NCBI GenBank assembly: GCA_010909165.1
Contig: MU008194.1
Coordinates: forward strand, 62,001 to 126,000
DNA length: 64,000 nt
From: Anthoceros angustus
Lineage: Eukaryota > Plantae > Anthocerotophyta
Reading direction: 5' to 3'
Below, piece by piece: positions 1 to 12,349 of this stretch (positions are counted from its first letter, which is position 1; each line of letters opens with the position of its first letter). Under the pieces are notes generated by a model. That model was given only the letters and a program-made list of their open reading frames with translations, was not told the origin of the DNA and did not search any database. The position numbers were made by a program, and so were the translations under genes.

Positions 1-780
1 GATGATGCCGACAGCGTGTACTCTGCGCTGTCAGATATCCAAGGTGGTCAAAGCACGGCAGAAAGTCCATCGACAGGAACTGGCTCGTCCGACGCTAAGC
101 AAGCAGTGAAGATGAGAAATAGGATGCCGGACCCTGAGTTCTTTTTGCGTTTCAGTAAGGGCCGATTGGATCCCTCCTCGAATGACGATCGAAACTCGAG
201 TCGAACGTAAGAACCGTTGGTCTGATAAGGGTGTTCGCATTTGTCTACGTTTCACCGTACGTTGTGTCCTCCATCTCTACCCTCCGAACAGCTTAACGTC
301 TCATTACATAGGTTTTTAGTGAAAGGAGCCGGATATATTTCCTTGCATAGTTGTATTGTTGGAATTTCCGTATGGAACATCGATCTGGTCATCGTTATAC
401 AAAGGTTTTTATCGAGGGTTACATAATAATATTTCCTTCGCATAAGGCAGAAAAACTTCATAGGTCACACATTTGACGACATCGGCCTGCCCCCTATGTA
501 CCAATGTGGTCAGGAGGTGTGTGAAGAATCTTTTTACGTGCGATACACATGTTTTTCTTTCTTAGGGTTGTGGGAACATTGGCGCTTGCACATTCTCGCG
601 AGCATTCATTTGACTAACCCTCGCGAACTTGAGCCATAAATTACGGGACCCATAAGCCCCTGCAACATCCATGTGCCCTTAAGCAACCTTGAGCACACCT
701 TCAGCACCCTTGAGCAGACATTTAGCGCACCTTCAGCAGCCTTGAGGAAACACACTCTTGAACATGTAATCCTAAACCCC

Positions 781-866
781 AGCCATTGATTTGGACACTT
801 GACGGCGAGCCGTTACATCTATAAGCCATCGATTTGGACACCTGATGGCGAGCCGTTACATCTATA
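781..866. repeat. 43-bp direct tandem duplication (2 copies)
   Basis: agccat(t/c)gatttggacac(t/c)tga(c/t)ggcgagccgttacatctata starts at 781 and at 824. Confidence 0.85.
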
Positions 867-927
867 TTCATCTAACATGAGCAAATATCCGGAGCCTTTG
901 CGCGGGGTCAGACATGTCCAACAAACA

Positions 928-1108
928 TGTGCATGTGTGTTCCGGGCAAACAGAAACATGTGTACTTGTGTAAGAAAAACCCAAGTTGTGCATGTGTGTT
1001 GCGGGCAAACAGAAACATGTGTACTTGTGCAAGAAAAACCCAAGTTGTGCATGTGTGTTCCGAGCAAACAGAAACATGTGTACTTGTGTAAGAAAAACCC
1101 AAGTTGTG
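928..1108. repeat. 59-bp minisatellite, 3 copies
   Basis: Unit tgtgcatgtgtgttccgggcaaacagaaacatgtgtacttgtgtaagaaaaacccaagt at 928, 987 and 1046 with few substitutions and no spacers. Confidence 0.95.
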
Positions 1109-1499
1109 AGACATAGAGTTCTCTGCCGCATACGGTCCGTCATGCGATAATGTGAAACATATAAGATGAAGGAATCTTGAAGATGCCGAGGCATGTAAGT
1201 GTAGAATACTGGTGAAAAAAAGGTTGTCACGCACAAGCCACCCGGTGATGACTTCAATATTCCATACTATGTTGTTATAAATGGTTTCTATCGATGTAAA
1301 TATTTTCCCCAAAAAAGCATTCAAACCGTTGTAAATATTTGTCCCCAAAAAAATGCAAATCATTATAAACCTTTTCCCGCCAAAAAATTGTAAAAGCTAT
1401 TGTTGTAAAATAATAATAAAATTTATTCAAATACTGCCTACAAAACTAAACAAGGGTAGGGATATTTGCAGAGTCATACTGTTAACATTCTCAATGATG

Positions 1500-1650
1500 A
1501 ATACATTTGCCTAGTCTGTGGATGTACATTTGCCTGATCATGGATTTTATTTGCCTAGTATATGGATACACATTTGCCTAGTCTATGGATACATTTGCCT
1601 AGTTTGTGGATACATTTGCCTACTCCGAGGATGCATTTGGCTAGTTTGTT
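1500..1650. repeat. Degenerate ~21-bp minisatellite (~7 copies)
   Basis: Recurring atacatttgcctagt(c/t)tgtgg core. Confidence 0.85.
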
Positions 1651-1989
1651 GCAAGAACTTGGTCAAAACATCGAAAGGTTATTATAAGAAGTCACCGAGA
1701 CTACGTCGAGGTCAGTTCATATCCCGGAAGATACTTTGCCATCAAGATCACGTCTCTAACAACCATGAAATCTATGAGACATCCACATCAAGTTCTTGTA
1801 AAGTGATAAATGAGCCTGGTGATCTTGTGCAAGAAGCTTACTAGGCGTCAATAGCAATAGCTTGGGAAAGCAGCAAGCTTCAATGAGCATCAAGCTCCAA
1901 TTAGCATATGCAATTTATGTGTTATCTTCATATGCAAAGCACTGAGTCCATAGTCTCCCATAACTGATGATGTCTTCTCTTCTCATAGC

Positions 1990-1994
1990 AATAC
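1990..1994. other. Target-site duplication, left (AATAC)
   Basis: aatac directly precedes the LTR start tgtggcgcgac. Confidence 0.9.
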
Positions 1995-2534
1995 TGTGGC
2001 GCGACTTTTGCTGTCGGCCAGCCGGGCTCGCACAATCCCGTGTCGTTGTAGGAAGGAGTTCGTTCCCAAGGGAATGACAGACTCCGTTGCGGCGTTGATT
2101 CGTCTTACTGCGTCACTCGGTCCTAACGCACCCCTTAGTTCACGTCTAACTACTCGCGACAAACACCGGGCGGTATGGCCAAGCGTTTAAGGACCGTTCG
2201 CGTCCGTTCGTTCCGTTCGTCTCACACCTCGTCCTCCTCTCTCCACTCACACTACACTTATCGGTCTTAAGGAAGGGCCGGGTTACAGTCCGGACCTCCT
2301 CCGTTCCACGGGCCTCTCCGTCCGCGCCTGCGCCCTCCGTCCCTCCGGCTGCGTTCGGTCCGTTCGGCGGGCGCTCCGCGAGCAGGTCCGATCACCCTCC
2401 ACACACCACAACACGTTAGGTCCGTCACGGGACCACGATCGATCCCTCCGGGCTCGTGCACCTTTCGGTGACTCGGGACTCACGTTATCGAAGACACACA
2501 AGGTGCAAACCGCATCAACACCAAGGAAAGATGA

Positions 2535-2583
2535 TTTATTCGGCGGCCAGCCCTCTTATACTACGCCGGTCGGCGTCTTTATT
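2535..2583 (-). promoter_or_regulatory. Putative LTR TATA box and polyadenylation signals (U3/R region)
   Basis: Minus strand has TATAAG (2555-2560) between two AATAAA (2578-2583 and 2535-2540); the same arrangement recurs at 14338-14384 in the other LTR. Confidence 0.55.
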
Positions 2584-3269
2584 ACACCCCTATTACGGTG
2601 CGGCCCATTTCGGTGTAATCGCCTACCATCCTATTTCCTCCCCTATCTCCTTGGCGGTGGTGGGAAGGTCCGGGTTCCTTGGGATTGGTGGTCCAATCTC
2701 CCGCCACACAATTGCGGCGCGCGCAATCGGATGATCCGGCGGACCCTCCTTTCTCCGGAATCACATCGGGTTGGGCTCTGGCGGTGATGCGGCGGCCGTT
2801 ACCTGCAACGTCATCCTCCCCACTGGCCTTCCGTGGGTCCCCTCGGTGGGGCCATGTCTGCTCCCCTAAGCGTAAGTCGAGAGGGGCTCCTCCTTCTTCG
2901 GTCGGACCTCGGTCGGTCTCGACTCGAACTGAACTCCAAGGGGTCCTTCCAGTGGCGGTGGGTCGGCCTCGTCTCGGTTCGGACCTCGGGGTCCGTGCCT
3001 GGGGTCCGATCCCAAACTCCGGACCCCTTCCGTGGACCTCGCTAGGTCCTCCTCCTTACCCCAGGCCCTTGTCTTGGTTGGGTTGGCTCCCCTTGCACCC
3101 CTGCGGGCCCTCACCCCTTCCGGATCGGGTGGTGGTGAACTTACCTTGGGGTCCGCTGCGTCCGCTCCTCTTGGGGCTCCTCCTTGTGCCGTCGTCTCCA
3201 AGCAGGGCCCCTAGGGTCCCTGTCTTATCCCGTGCCCTTCTTCCCCTCAAGGCCTTCCGGGGGTCTGTG

Positions 3270-6200
3270 GCGGTGTGAGGCCTCTCAGCCAGGGGCTCGG
3301 TGTGGTAATAGGCAAAGTCCGAATCCACTTTGGATTGCCTCTTCCACGTCTTGGAGCACCGATACTCCTTCGCCATAGGTGCTCCGGGAGGCACTGTTGC
3401 CACCTTGTTGCTCCACCTCCCCGCCAGTTTGATAGGCTGGGCCTGCTTCTCGTGGTGCCAGTGCCTCGGTCACCTCCGTGTCATTGTTGCTCACTTGCTC
3501 CAACTCCTCCGTTTCCGCTCCGCCGCTTGCCCGCCATAGCGTTCCCGCCAAACTTCCTCGGTGGACGGCTTCTTATCCGCGCCCTCGCCTCTTGTCCATT
3601 ACATTAACTCCGCCATCTCGCTCCAGACGGTCCAACCTTGCCCGGTGCGGGCTTCACCCCCTTTCTCCATCTCGGCGTCCTGCTCCTGTTCCATCGCCTT
3701 CACTCTCGCCAGCAGGCGGGCCGCTCTCGGTCGCGTTCGCGACCATGTATCCTACCATTCCTCTCAATGATAGTTTGGGCTGCGGCTCAAAGTCTCCTTG
3801 TCCTCCATCTCCTGCCTTCTTTGCTCCACCTCCGGTGAGTAGATCCTCCATCTCCTTGTCGCGAACTTCTTGGGGCTGGTGGTCCAATCTCCGACAATTG
3901 CGGCGCGCGCAATCGGATGATCCGCGAGGCGGACCCTCCTTTCTCCGGAATCACAGCCGGGTTGGGCTCGGCGGTGGCGGCGACCGCCGTTACCACAACG
4001 TCATCCTCCGCCTTCCATGGGTCCCCTCGGTGGGGCCCGCCTGTCTGCTCCCCTAAGCGTAAGTCGAGAGGGGCTCCTCCTTCTTCGAGTCCGGACCTCG
4101 GGGTCGGTCTCGACTCGAACTGAACTCCAAGGGTCCGGCCTCGGCGTTTCCCTCCGCCGGTGGGTCCGGCCTCGTCTCGGTTCGGACCTCGGGGTTCGGA
4201 CCTCGGGGTCCGTCCCCAAACTCCGGACCCCTTCACGGACCTCGTCTTGCTAGGTCCTCCTCCTTACCCCCGACCCTTGTCTTGGTGGGTTGGCTCCCTG
4301 CACCCCTGGGGCCCTCACCCCCTTGGATCGGGTGGTGGTGAACTTACCCAGGGTCCATGCGTCCGCTCCTCTTGGGGCTCCCCCTCCTTGTGCCGTCGTC
4401 TCCAAGCAGGGCCCCTAGGGTCCCTGTCATCCCGTGCCCTTCTTCCCCTCAGGGCCTTCCGGGTCCGTCTATTCGTGGCGAGGCCTCTGGGGAGCTCGGT
4501 GTGGTAATAGGCAAAGTCCGAATCCACTTTGGATTGCCTCTTCCACGTGCCCGAGCACCGATACTCCTTCGCCATAGGTGCTCCGGAGCCGAGCTTCCCT
4601 CCTTGTTGCTCCACCTCCCCGCCAGTTTGATAGCTGGGGCTTCTCATGGCGAGTGCCTCGGTCACCTCCGCGTCATTGTTGCTCACTTGCTCCAACTCCC
4701 TCCCGTTTCCGTTCATGCCACTTGCCCGCCATAGCAGCGTTCCCAAACTTCCTCGGTGGACGGCTTCTTATGCCTTCCGGCGCCCTCGCCTCTTGTCCAT
4801 TACGTGCTCATCTCCGCTCCAGACGGCCGGGCAACACCCGGGCGGGCTTCACCCCCTTTCTCCATCTCGGCGGCGTCGCTCCTGTTCCATCGCCTTCGCT
4901 CGTCGCCAGCAGGGGCGCTCTATTTCGTCGCGTTCGCGACCATGTCCTGACTACCATTCCTCTCAATGATAGTTTGGGCTGCGGCTCAAAGTCTCCTTGT
5001 CCTCCATCTCCTGCCTGCTCCACCTCCGGGCGGAGTTCCTCCATCTCCTTGTCGCGAACTTCTTGGGCGGCTGGTCGCGCTTGCTCCGCCACCTCCTGCT
5101 CCATCTTGAGCGAGGCTGGGCGCTCTATCTCACTCGAAGTCTGGATTCTCCATTGAGAATTCCTTGCTTTCCGTGCGTCTTGGGTTGTAACTCCAAGGTG
5201 TCCTTCTTGTCCTCCAACTCCTGCCGCCTCCCTTCTACCTCTGCATTTGCACAGGGTCCCGATTTCCGGGTCTTGGCCTCAGTGTTCTGCGGCTCGTCGT
5301 GCTTGCTCATGCCACACTCGGCCCAGTTGGCTGGCTCTCTCGGCCGCCTCCCTCCACGGTTCGATCACGCCGATAGTGATCGCGATCGGCCGCCGCCGTG
5401 GCCTCCGCCTCCTTGGCCACCTTCACGAGCCTCTCGGCTTGGCTCTGGTCGGTCGAGCTGCCTCGCGGATCCGCGCCCGTTACGCTTCGCCTCCCTTCTG
5501 TGCGCTCGCCCCTCACTGCGAGGTCCTCCCCGCGCTTGGCCTCCTTGGCAATTTCCTCCAGGAAGAATTTGGTCGGTCCTTGCGGATGGACGGACCTCCC
5601 TCTCGCCTCGGCGTTTCCCTCCTCAATCCGGCCGAGCTTGACCTTCCTTCTCCTCTGGGCTCCCTCCAAGCTGCTCACGGAGGAGTACCATGCGCCTCGG
5701 GTGGCTTCTCCACAGGTCTTCTCGGCCATCCCTTGAGACCCCAGGCATACCGTCCATGGCAGTAGCGGACCGTGTTTCTTCCACGGCTGTGAGGCTCCCA
5801 CAAAGTCCGTGGCGGGCCGGCATCTCCGATCAGGACCTCCATACCGCCGGAGTAAGTCGGGGGGTTCTCCGGACCTAATCGGGACCCTTAGGTCACGAGT
5901 CTTGGCTCAGCTTCCCTCCTTGGCCCTTTTGGCGAGCTCCTTCTCGCCCTTTTCTCACAGGGCTCGGAGGTGAGGGGTCAGGAGCAAGCCTTTTGCCCCT
6001 TCACCGCGGCAGGGGCCGGCTCGAGGCTGTTGCCAGTGTCCTCCTGCTCCACAGGCGTCCCTTCGCCCTCCTTCACTTCCTCCTTCTTGCCACTCAGTGG
6101 CGGGGAAGTCTTGGCACCGGAGGTGCAGCGTTAAGCCGTGGTCTTGCGTCTCTTGGCTCCCTCACAGTCGGCGGGGCTCCTCGGTAGGAGTGGTGGCGGC

Positions 6201-7350
6201 TGGGGTCGGGCTTCTGCTGGGGGCTCTCTGGTTGGGGCACGGAGGAGGCGGGAATTTCTTCCATACCACAGGTGGTGAGGGGTCCGTTCGGACGTATGGA
6301 GTCAGGAATCCTCGATCGTCCTCCTCCGGTCCGTTTGGCTTTTGATCGGCCTCCTCCCCTCGGCGCCCTTGCACTTCCGCCGAGTCCGGTCCTTTCGGGC
6401 GCTCGCTCAAGCTCTCCTTCCTTGAGGAGCTCGAAATGCCCCATACATGGATCGGTATGGGGCGGCCCAGATGGCGAGGCTTCTCGGTCTGAGCTTGCGA
6501 GCCTCTGGCTAAGCGGGCGAAGATAATCCTTCCCAGTCGCCCTCTTCCCCAGCGCATGCGGGAATACCAGCAGTTATCACCAAGGTGATCCACCTTGGTG
6601 AGTAGGTTCGATGGACAATGATCCGGGCTACCGCCTTACTCATTGTCAGCGGTCGGATATCGACCAACGTTGGTGGTCGTTGCGTCGAGCCTCGGCATCG
6701 GCTGCGTGGGCCCTATCTTCCCCGCCTTGAGGGGCTCGGCACCCTCCCCTCTTCCTCCTTTGGGCGGTTGTAGGCGCCTCGGGACCTCAAGGTCCATCGC
6801 CTTGGGTCCTCCCGGAGGTTCTTGGACCGCACCTCCTTATTGACCGCCCGGCATCTTCGGGCGAACTCCGGACGGTGACCTATCAAATGTCGGACCATGG
6901 AACACATCCAAATGCCACTCCTGCACCAATTCTCCTTCCTGGGCGGGCCCAAAGTCCGGATAGCGCGGGTCACAATGTTGCGCTCCACAAGGTTCCATGG
7001 CTCCCAAACTTCCGCAGGCTTTTGGGTGCCATCGCCTTCTCCTCCTTGGTTCTTTGTGGCGCTTGTGGGAGGCTGGCACGTTCGCCGCGCGCGTTGCTGC
7101 TCCGACCTCAGCGGTGAGCGGCAGCGTCTGAGTGTCCGAGATACCGCCAGAGAGCCGGATCGGAGCGCAAGAGATCGCGAGAATTGTCTCGAGGCTGCGT
7201 GATTCTTCCTTGGCTCCCGAGTAATGGCGGCGGGCGCCTCTTCCTGTAGCGCAGTGCATGGCAGCCTCCGCCTCGGCCTTACGCGCGCGTACTCGGCCTT
7301 ACGCCGCCGCGCGTGAATACTATAACTGGCAGGTGCAGTCTGGCGGTGCA
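3270..7350 (-). CDS. Putative extra ORF inside the LTR U3 (fragmented; unknown function), 3' LTR copy
   Basis: Minus-strand fragments with protein-like, Glu/Lys/Arg-rich content (WEPWNLVERNIVTRAIRTLG, ELEDKKDTLELQPK, FEPQPKLSLRGMV, ELEQVSNND, VDSDFAYYHTE), several recurring in the other LTR. The frame cannot be resolved end to end. Confidence 0.5.
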
Positions 7351-7622
7351 TGCCCGTCCTCCACTCGAGTCGTCCCGCGTGGCGTCGCTGGCGTCGTCCT
7401 CAACTCTAAGTTACTTTCCTGGCGTACTTATCACCTGGTCACAGGTGGGTCGGACTTATCCGTTACCGTGCGCCATAGTAGGTCTGCGTTCCTCACTCCG
7501 AGTCCGAGTATACTCCGAGTGCTATCCATGCTTATTTCCCCTTTTCGCCTCATTTTATCCTTCCTCCTACAAAAACAAAACCCTACCTAATTTCTAACCC
7601 CAAGGGAAGTCCGTAGTCCACA

Positions 7623-7634
7623 TACTCCCTTCTC
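7623..7634 (-). promoter_or_regulatory. Polypurine tract
   Basis: Minus strand GAGAAGGGAGTA abuts the TG start of the 3' LTR. Confidence 0.8.
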
Positions 7635-8910
7635 ACTGTTGGCGTCTCGCCAACACTAAGCGTGTACTTTTCACCGCCATACCCGTTCACCGGTGGGCGG
7701 CAATTCACCATCCAAGCGCGGTGAGCGGACCCATTGGGGTATACACGACTTGGTAAGGTCCCATCCATCGTAGGTGGAGTTTACAGGAAGTGCATATGTC
7801 GGTGTCGTAAGGAGGCGGATCTCCCTCCTTCACATACTCCTGATTCCGAAGGCGCCTGTCATGCCATAGTTTGCGTTGATTACAGCATTGCATTATTTGT
7901 TGCGCCTCTTCCTGGCCCTCCGTATGCTGCACAAACCCTAGCAAACGCTCCAGTTGGCTCTCTTCATCCGTTAAGCGCCTTTCCATCATGACCCGAGTGT
8001 TGGCACCTCAAACTCTACCGGCATAATTGAGTGCCCATAGGTCGAATGTCTGAGTTCGTGGTTACCTTCTCTGCCGTTACGAGCGCCCATGCGATGGCGG
8101 CTTTGTATCGATCGTGCGCATAGTTAACCGTAAGCTTATTGAGGATCGGCGGATAAGTCCATTGGTCTTCTCCGTCGATCGGTTGGCCTTGGTTGTAGGG
8201 GCGTTTCGATGTGTGATGCGAAATAGTCCGTCATTGCGGTTATCACATCATTGAGGAAATGGGTTCCCGATCGCTTACTAAGCGGACACCCATACCTTGT
8301 GATGATGTTTTCGTGAGGAATTTGGCCACCGTGCTCATGATCCGTTCTAGTAGCTTCCACCCACTGGTCATGGTCGTTGCCACCAAGATGTACCGCTTTG
8401 TGTGTGCCTCGTTGGTGTATAGGTCCAAGTCGATGCCCACTTCTCAAAAGGCGCTAGTGCTAGTATGGGCACTAACGGCCATTGAGTTGTGGCGTCGGCT
8501 TCCGATCCGTGACAAGCATCACACTTCTTCACAATTGGTGTGTTTCCCCATACATGGTGGGCCACGGTACCCGACCTCAAGATTTTCTTGGTGGTGACTG
8601 CTGTTGCATAATGTCCACCACCTAGTCCTTCGTGCATCCCTTTATTACCACCTCCGTCTCACTTTGTTGGAGGTACCTTCGTTCCATAGGCCCACCTTAA
8701 AGATGCAACGTTATACAGCGAAAGGCGGCGTAGTGCACAAAGGCTGTGGACCAGTTCGATTCGTTGGTAGCTCCATCTCCCATAGGTACCGTTCCAACTC
8801 CGCGCAGAGGCCGCCCGTCGCTCCCTTCTCACTGCCGTGGGTCCGTTCCCCGGCTTAGGGTTTGTCGGTTGCTCTCTGCTCCTCCTCTCGCGCCACCAAT
8901 TCCTCATCCG
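7630..8910 (-). pseudogene. pol: pol: integrase with GPY/F-type C-terminal motif (frameshifted)
   Basis: VKKCDAC zinc-binding remnant, APFEKW/GIDL...KRYILVA core, SDREPIS, LRWMGPYQV and VNGY. No chromodomain before the PPT. Confidence 0.88.
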
Positions 8911-10380
8911 GAAGGCGTCCTCTTGATCCTGTCCGTCTTTTAACTGGACAAGAAGTCGCGTTTGGTGTTGCTTCCTTGCCTAGTCTCCACCTCAAATGTG
9001 AACTCCTGTAGCAGAATCCACCTCGCAATCCGTCCGGACAATGCCTTGTTCACCAAGTGCTTGAGCAAGTGATCAACATAGAAACCCAAACTCATTGGGC
9101 GGAAGGTAGTGCGAATTTCTTAACAGCGTATACCATTCCCAATGCCTCTCGCTCCGTAGTAGTGTACCTCCGTTCCGTCGTGGTTTCTTCAGCGTAGTAG
9201 ATTGGGTGATCCCTCCGTTTATCATCTTTTTGACTGAGCACTACTCCGATGGCGAAGGCTGACACATCCACGTACACATGGAATCGCTTCCCCCAGTCCG
9301 GTCCTTTTAGTCTTGGGCGCTGTGGTGCAGAGGTCTCTGAATGCCGCCTCCCTCTCTGGCGTCCAGGTCCATTCCTCCTCCTTCCTGAGTAGCTCTGTTA
9401 GCCTGGAGGCCCTCTTTGCAAAATCTTGGATGAAACGCCTATAGTAACCCACCATGCCTGTGAATCCCGTAACTCCTTCAAGTTCGTGGCTGCGAGGGGC
9501 TGATCACCTTGTCTTGGTCCACCTCTATCCCTCTTGCCGACACGCTGCCCCAACAAGATTCCCTCTGTCATGCAAGCATTTCTCGGATGCGAGCACGTTG
9601 AGTCTCCTACATCGTTCCAAACACTTCCAAATGTCCAATGTTTGTCCTCCTCTGCACGGAGTCGTCCAAGAACACCTCCATGAAGTCCCTCGAAATTCCG
9701 GAAGGCGTCCTCGATCCCGCAGGAGGCTCCGTCTTTAACTGGACAAGAAGTCGCTTTGGTGTTGCTTCCCCTTGCCTAGTCTCCACCTCAAATGTGAACT
9801 CCTGTAGCAGAATCCACCTCGCAATCCGCCCAAGTCGGCCTTGTTCACCAAGTGCTTGAGCAAGTGATCAACATAAACACGAACTCATTGGGCGGAAGGT
9901 AGTGAATTTTAACGCGATACCATTCCCAATGCCTCTCGCTCCGTAGTAGTGTACCTCCGTTCCGCGTGCGTGAGCTGCCTTCCGTAGTAGATTGGGTGAT
10001 CCCTCCGCTTATCATCTTTTGATGAGCACTACCCGATGGCGGTGACACATCCACACATGGAATCGCTTCCCCCAGTCCGGTCCTTTTAGTACTGGGCACG
10101 ACTGAGTGGTGAGGTCTCGAATGCCGCCTCCCTCTCGGCCCAGTCCATTCTTCCTCCTTCCTGAGTAGCTCTGTTAGCTGGAGGCCCTCTTTGCAAAATC
10201 TTGGATGAAACGCCTATAGTAACCCACCATGCCTGTGAATCGTAACTCCTTCAAGTTCGTAGGCGGGGATGGATGACTTTCACCTTGTCTTGGTCCACCT
10301 CTATCCCTCTTGCCGACACTCGGTGCCCCAACAAGATTCCCTCTGTCATGCAGTAGCATTTCTCGGATGCGAGCTTGAGT
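8911..10380 (-). pseudogene. pol: pol: RT C-terminus and RNase H, present twice (790-bp tandem duplication)
   Basis: GMVGYYRRFIQDFAKRAS and YVDVSAFAIGVVLSQ...HPIYYA...YTTTEREALGMVYAVKKF both occur twice; gaaggcgtcctc at 8911 and 9701. Confidence 0.9.
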
Positions 10381-11700
10381 CTCCTACATCGCTCCAAACA
10401 CTTCCGCAATGTCCACGTGTTTGTCCTCCTCTCCGCACAGAAAGTCGCCCAAGAACACCTCCATGAAGTCCCTCAAATTCCAAGACATTGGTCACCATCC
10501 GCATAAATGATCCGGGTGCTCTGTCATCCGAAGGCACTCCGTTTGTAGGCAAGCGTCCCCACTCCGTGGTGAATGTTGTCTTATCGTCAGGCTCCCTTAG
10601 GTGCATTTGTGGAGTGGCCGTCAAGAAGGAGTAGGTACTCCATCCCGCCACCTTGTCGATTATATCGTCCACAAAGGGCATGGGAAATGGTCCTTTTCGT
10701 GGCGGCGTTAAGCTTTCTCGATCTGACGGACCGAATCACCCTGCTTTGCTTCTTGACACGACCACAATGGGCGCCACCCACTCACTGCTCACGATTGGGA
10801 AGATGATGTCGCTTCCGGATACTTATCCGGGACTTCCTTGACCTTGGCGAGTGCTTGGGATTGATTTATCTTGCCTAATCGAGCGAGCACGCTCACGGCT
10901 TCAGATCTATCGGTGTTAGCCTTTGTTTGAATGCCCTTCATGTCCGTGACCTTGAAAGCGAACACCTGTTTCCCCAACAATCGTGTGAGGTCTTGTTTTA
11001 ACTCGATGGCATACCCTTGCGAATTTTAGGAATTTCCACAGGCGAACCTCCACGTCTTCCACATCGTCGGGTTGGCCGTCTCTCTTTCCCTCGCGCTTCA
11101 CGAGCCATCATCCTCTACCGGGTTCATCTTCACGCATTCCCCATCTCGGAAGAGTTAAATCGAGGTGAACGTTACTTCTTGAGTCCTCCTCATGGATTCC
11201 CCTTTTATTGCCTCCGCGACTTCCACTTGGCGGTGATCACCTCACTCCAAATGTCCCTCCGATAGTCCATTTCTTCTTGGACCACGATTTTGGGAAAGGG
11301 TAGTCCTCATTCGTATCCTCGCTCATCGTCCCCACTTGGTGAGGTGTACCCCTTTGTGTGGTTTCACCACGATGTGTCCTTACTCAGTGTCGCTACCGTC
11401 CTTCCCTCACCTTGGATCCCAGTCCGGCTTGAAGTGTATTTCCTTCCGTCCAAGTGTAGTTTTGTCTCGAGCGAGGCCAAGGCCGCCCAGGGACCTCATA
11501 CCCCGGAGGTCGGGTCGATGACGAAATCTAATGTATAGGGGCTCCGCTATGGTGGCTTGGACTCGGACAACTCCCTGGCGCTCGCCGCCTGTGCCATCAC
11601 GAGGGTTTTGGTGGATGGCTCGAAGGTGGTGAACCCGGCCGTCTTGCGGTGGCCTCGGTGATGAGGTTCACTCGACCCGTGTCTAGAGCACGTTTTAATT
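10380..11700 (-). pseudogene. pol: pol: protease/linker and reverse transcriptase (frameshifted)
   Basis: RT-like fragments MPFVDDIIDKVAGWSTYSFL, PDDKTTFTTEWG and FMRMVTNVLEF. The protease position is inferred from order only. Confidence 0.85.
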
Positions 11701-12349
11701 ACACACCCGCAATTTCCACTGCTGGCGCCCGGTCGTATGAGATCGACCCTTACCTCACGTTCTTGCCCTTAGGACCAAGGAGTTCCGGCGTGGTTGCGTT
11801 CCTGATGGCCTTAGGACTTCACAGCCGATACTTGGTTGTCTTTTAACAACTGCCTAAGGGACACCAAGTGTTGTTGGTCCATCATCAAGTCGGCCACCTT
11901 GAAAGGGCCGGGTGGTTCTCCTGCTGCGTCACGCGTCCGCCTTGACTCCTCCAGCGTTTGGCCACTGCGCTGTGGTGGTCGGACCACTTCTGGGTCCTGT
12001 CGGAGTTCTTCTTGAAGCATCTCGGTCACTTCTCGGACCACATCCGGTGGAAACTGCGGCGTTGCCGTAGGTGAGTCCGCTTCTCCGGAGACTCCCGGTG
12101 GCTTTTGGTTCTTCTTGGCGGGCCCTAACTTCGTCCTCTTTGGCGGGTTCGGCTTCCTTGCAGTGTTCCGTCCTCCGTGTCAGTGGGACTATCCCCATTT
12201 TCTTCCTCTTAATGTCTCTCCTTTCCTTCGCTCCTTTCGACTCGGGTTGACACTTCCGGTACCTCGAGTCCGCCTTCTTCTCCTTAGCGAACTTGCCCGT
12301 ACCACCTCGTTAGCTCCTCGGTGCCTCCTCCCACTCCGCCAATTGTCGT

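Larger units (their letters stand above)
1995..7622 (-). repeat. 3' LTR (5628 bp, includes a ~1.19-kb internal tandem duplication)
   Basis: Starts tgtggcgcgactttt like 13808 and ends ggaagtccgtagtccaca like 20142; colinear with the other LTR apart from the duplications. Confidence 0.92.

Noticed and set aside
16-480. ORFs in the first 500 bp
   Set aside because: Short, mutually overlapping and with no recognisable motif; any gene would be cut by the window edge
928-1108. 59-bp, 56-bp and 38-bp arrays as CRISPR arrays
   Set aside because: Head-to-tail repeats without unique spacers, no cas genes, eukaryotic context
2267-7600. Many overlapping plus-strand ORFs of 60-215 aa inside the LTRs (also 13566-20136)
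   Set aside because: Pro/Ser/Leu/Arg-rich shadow frames expected in GC-rich, pyrimidine-skewed DNA; no recognisable motifs
7623-7720. Chromodomain after the integrase
   Set aside because: There is no room: the PPT and LTR follow directly after the integrase C-terminal motif
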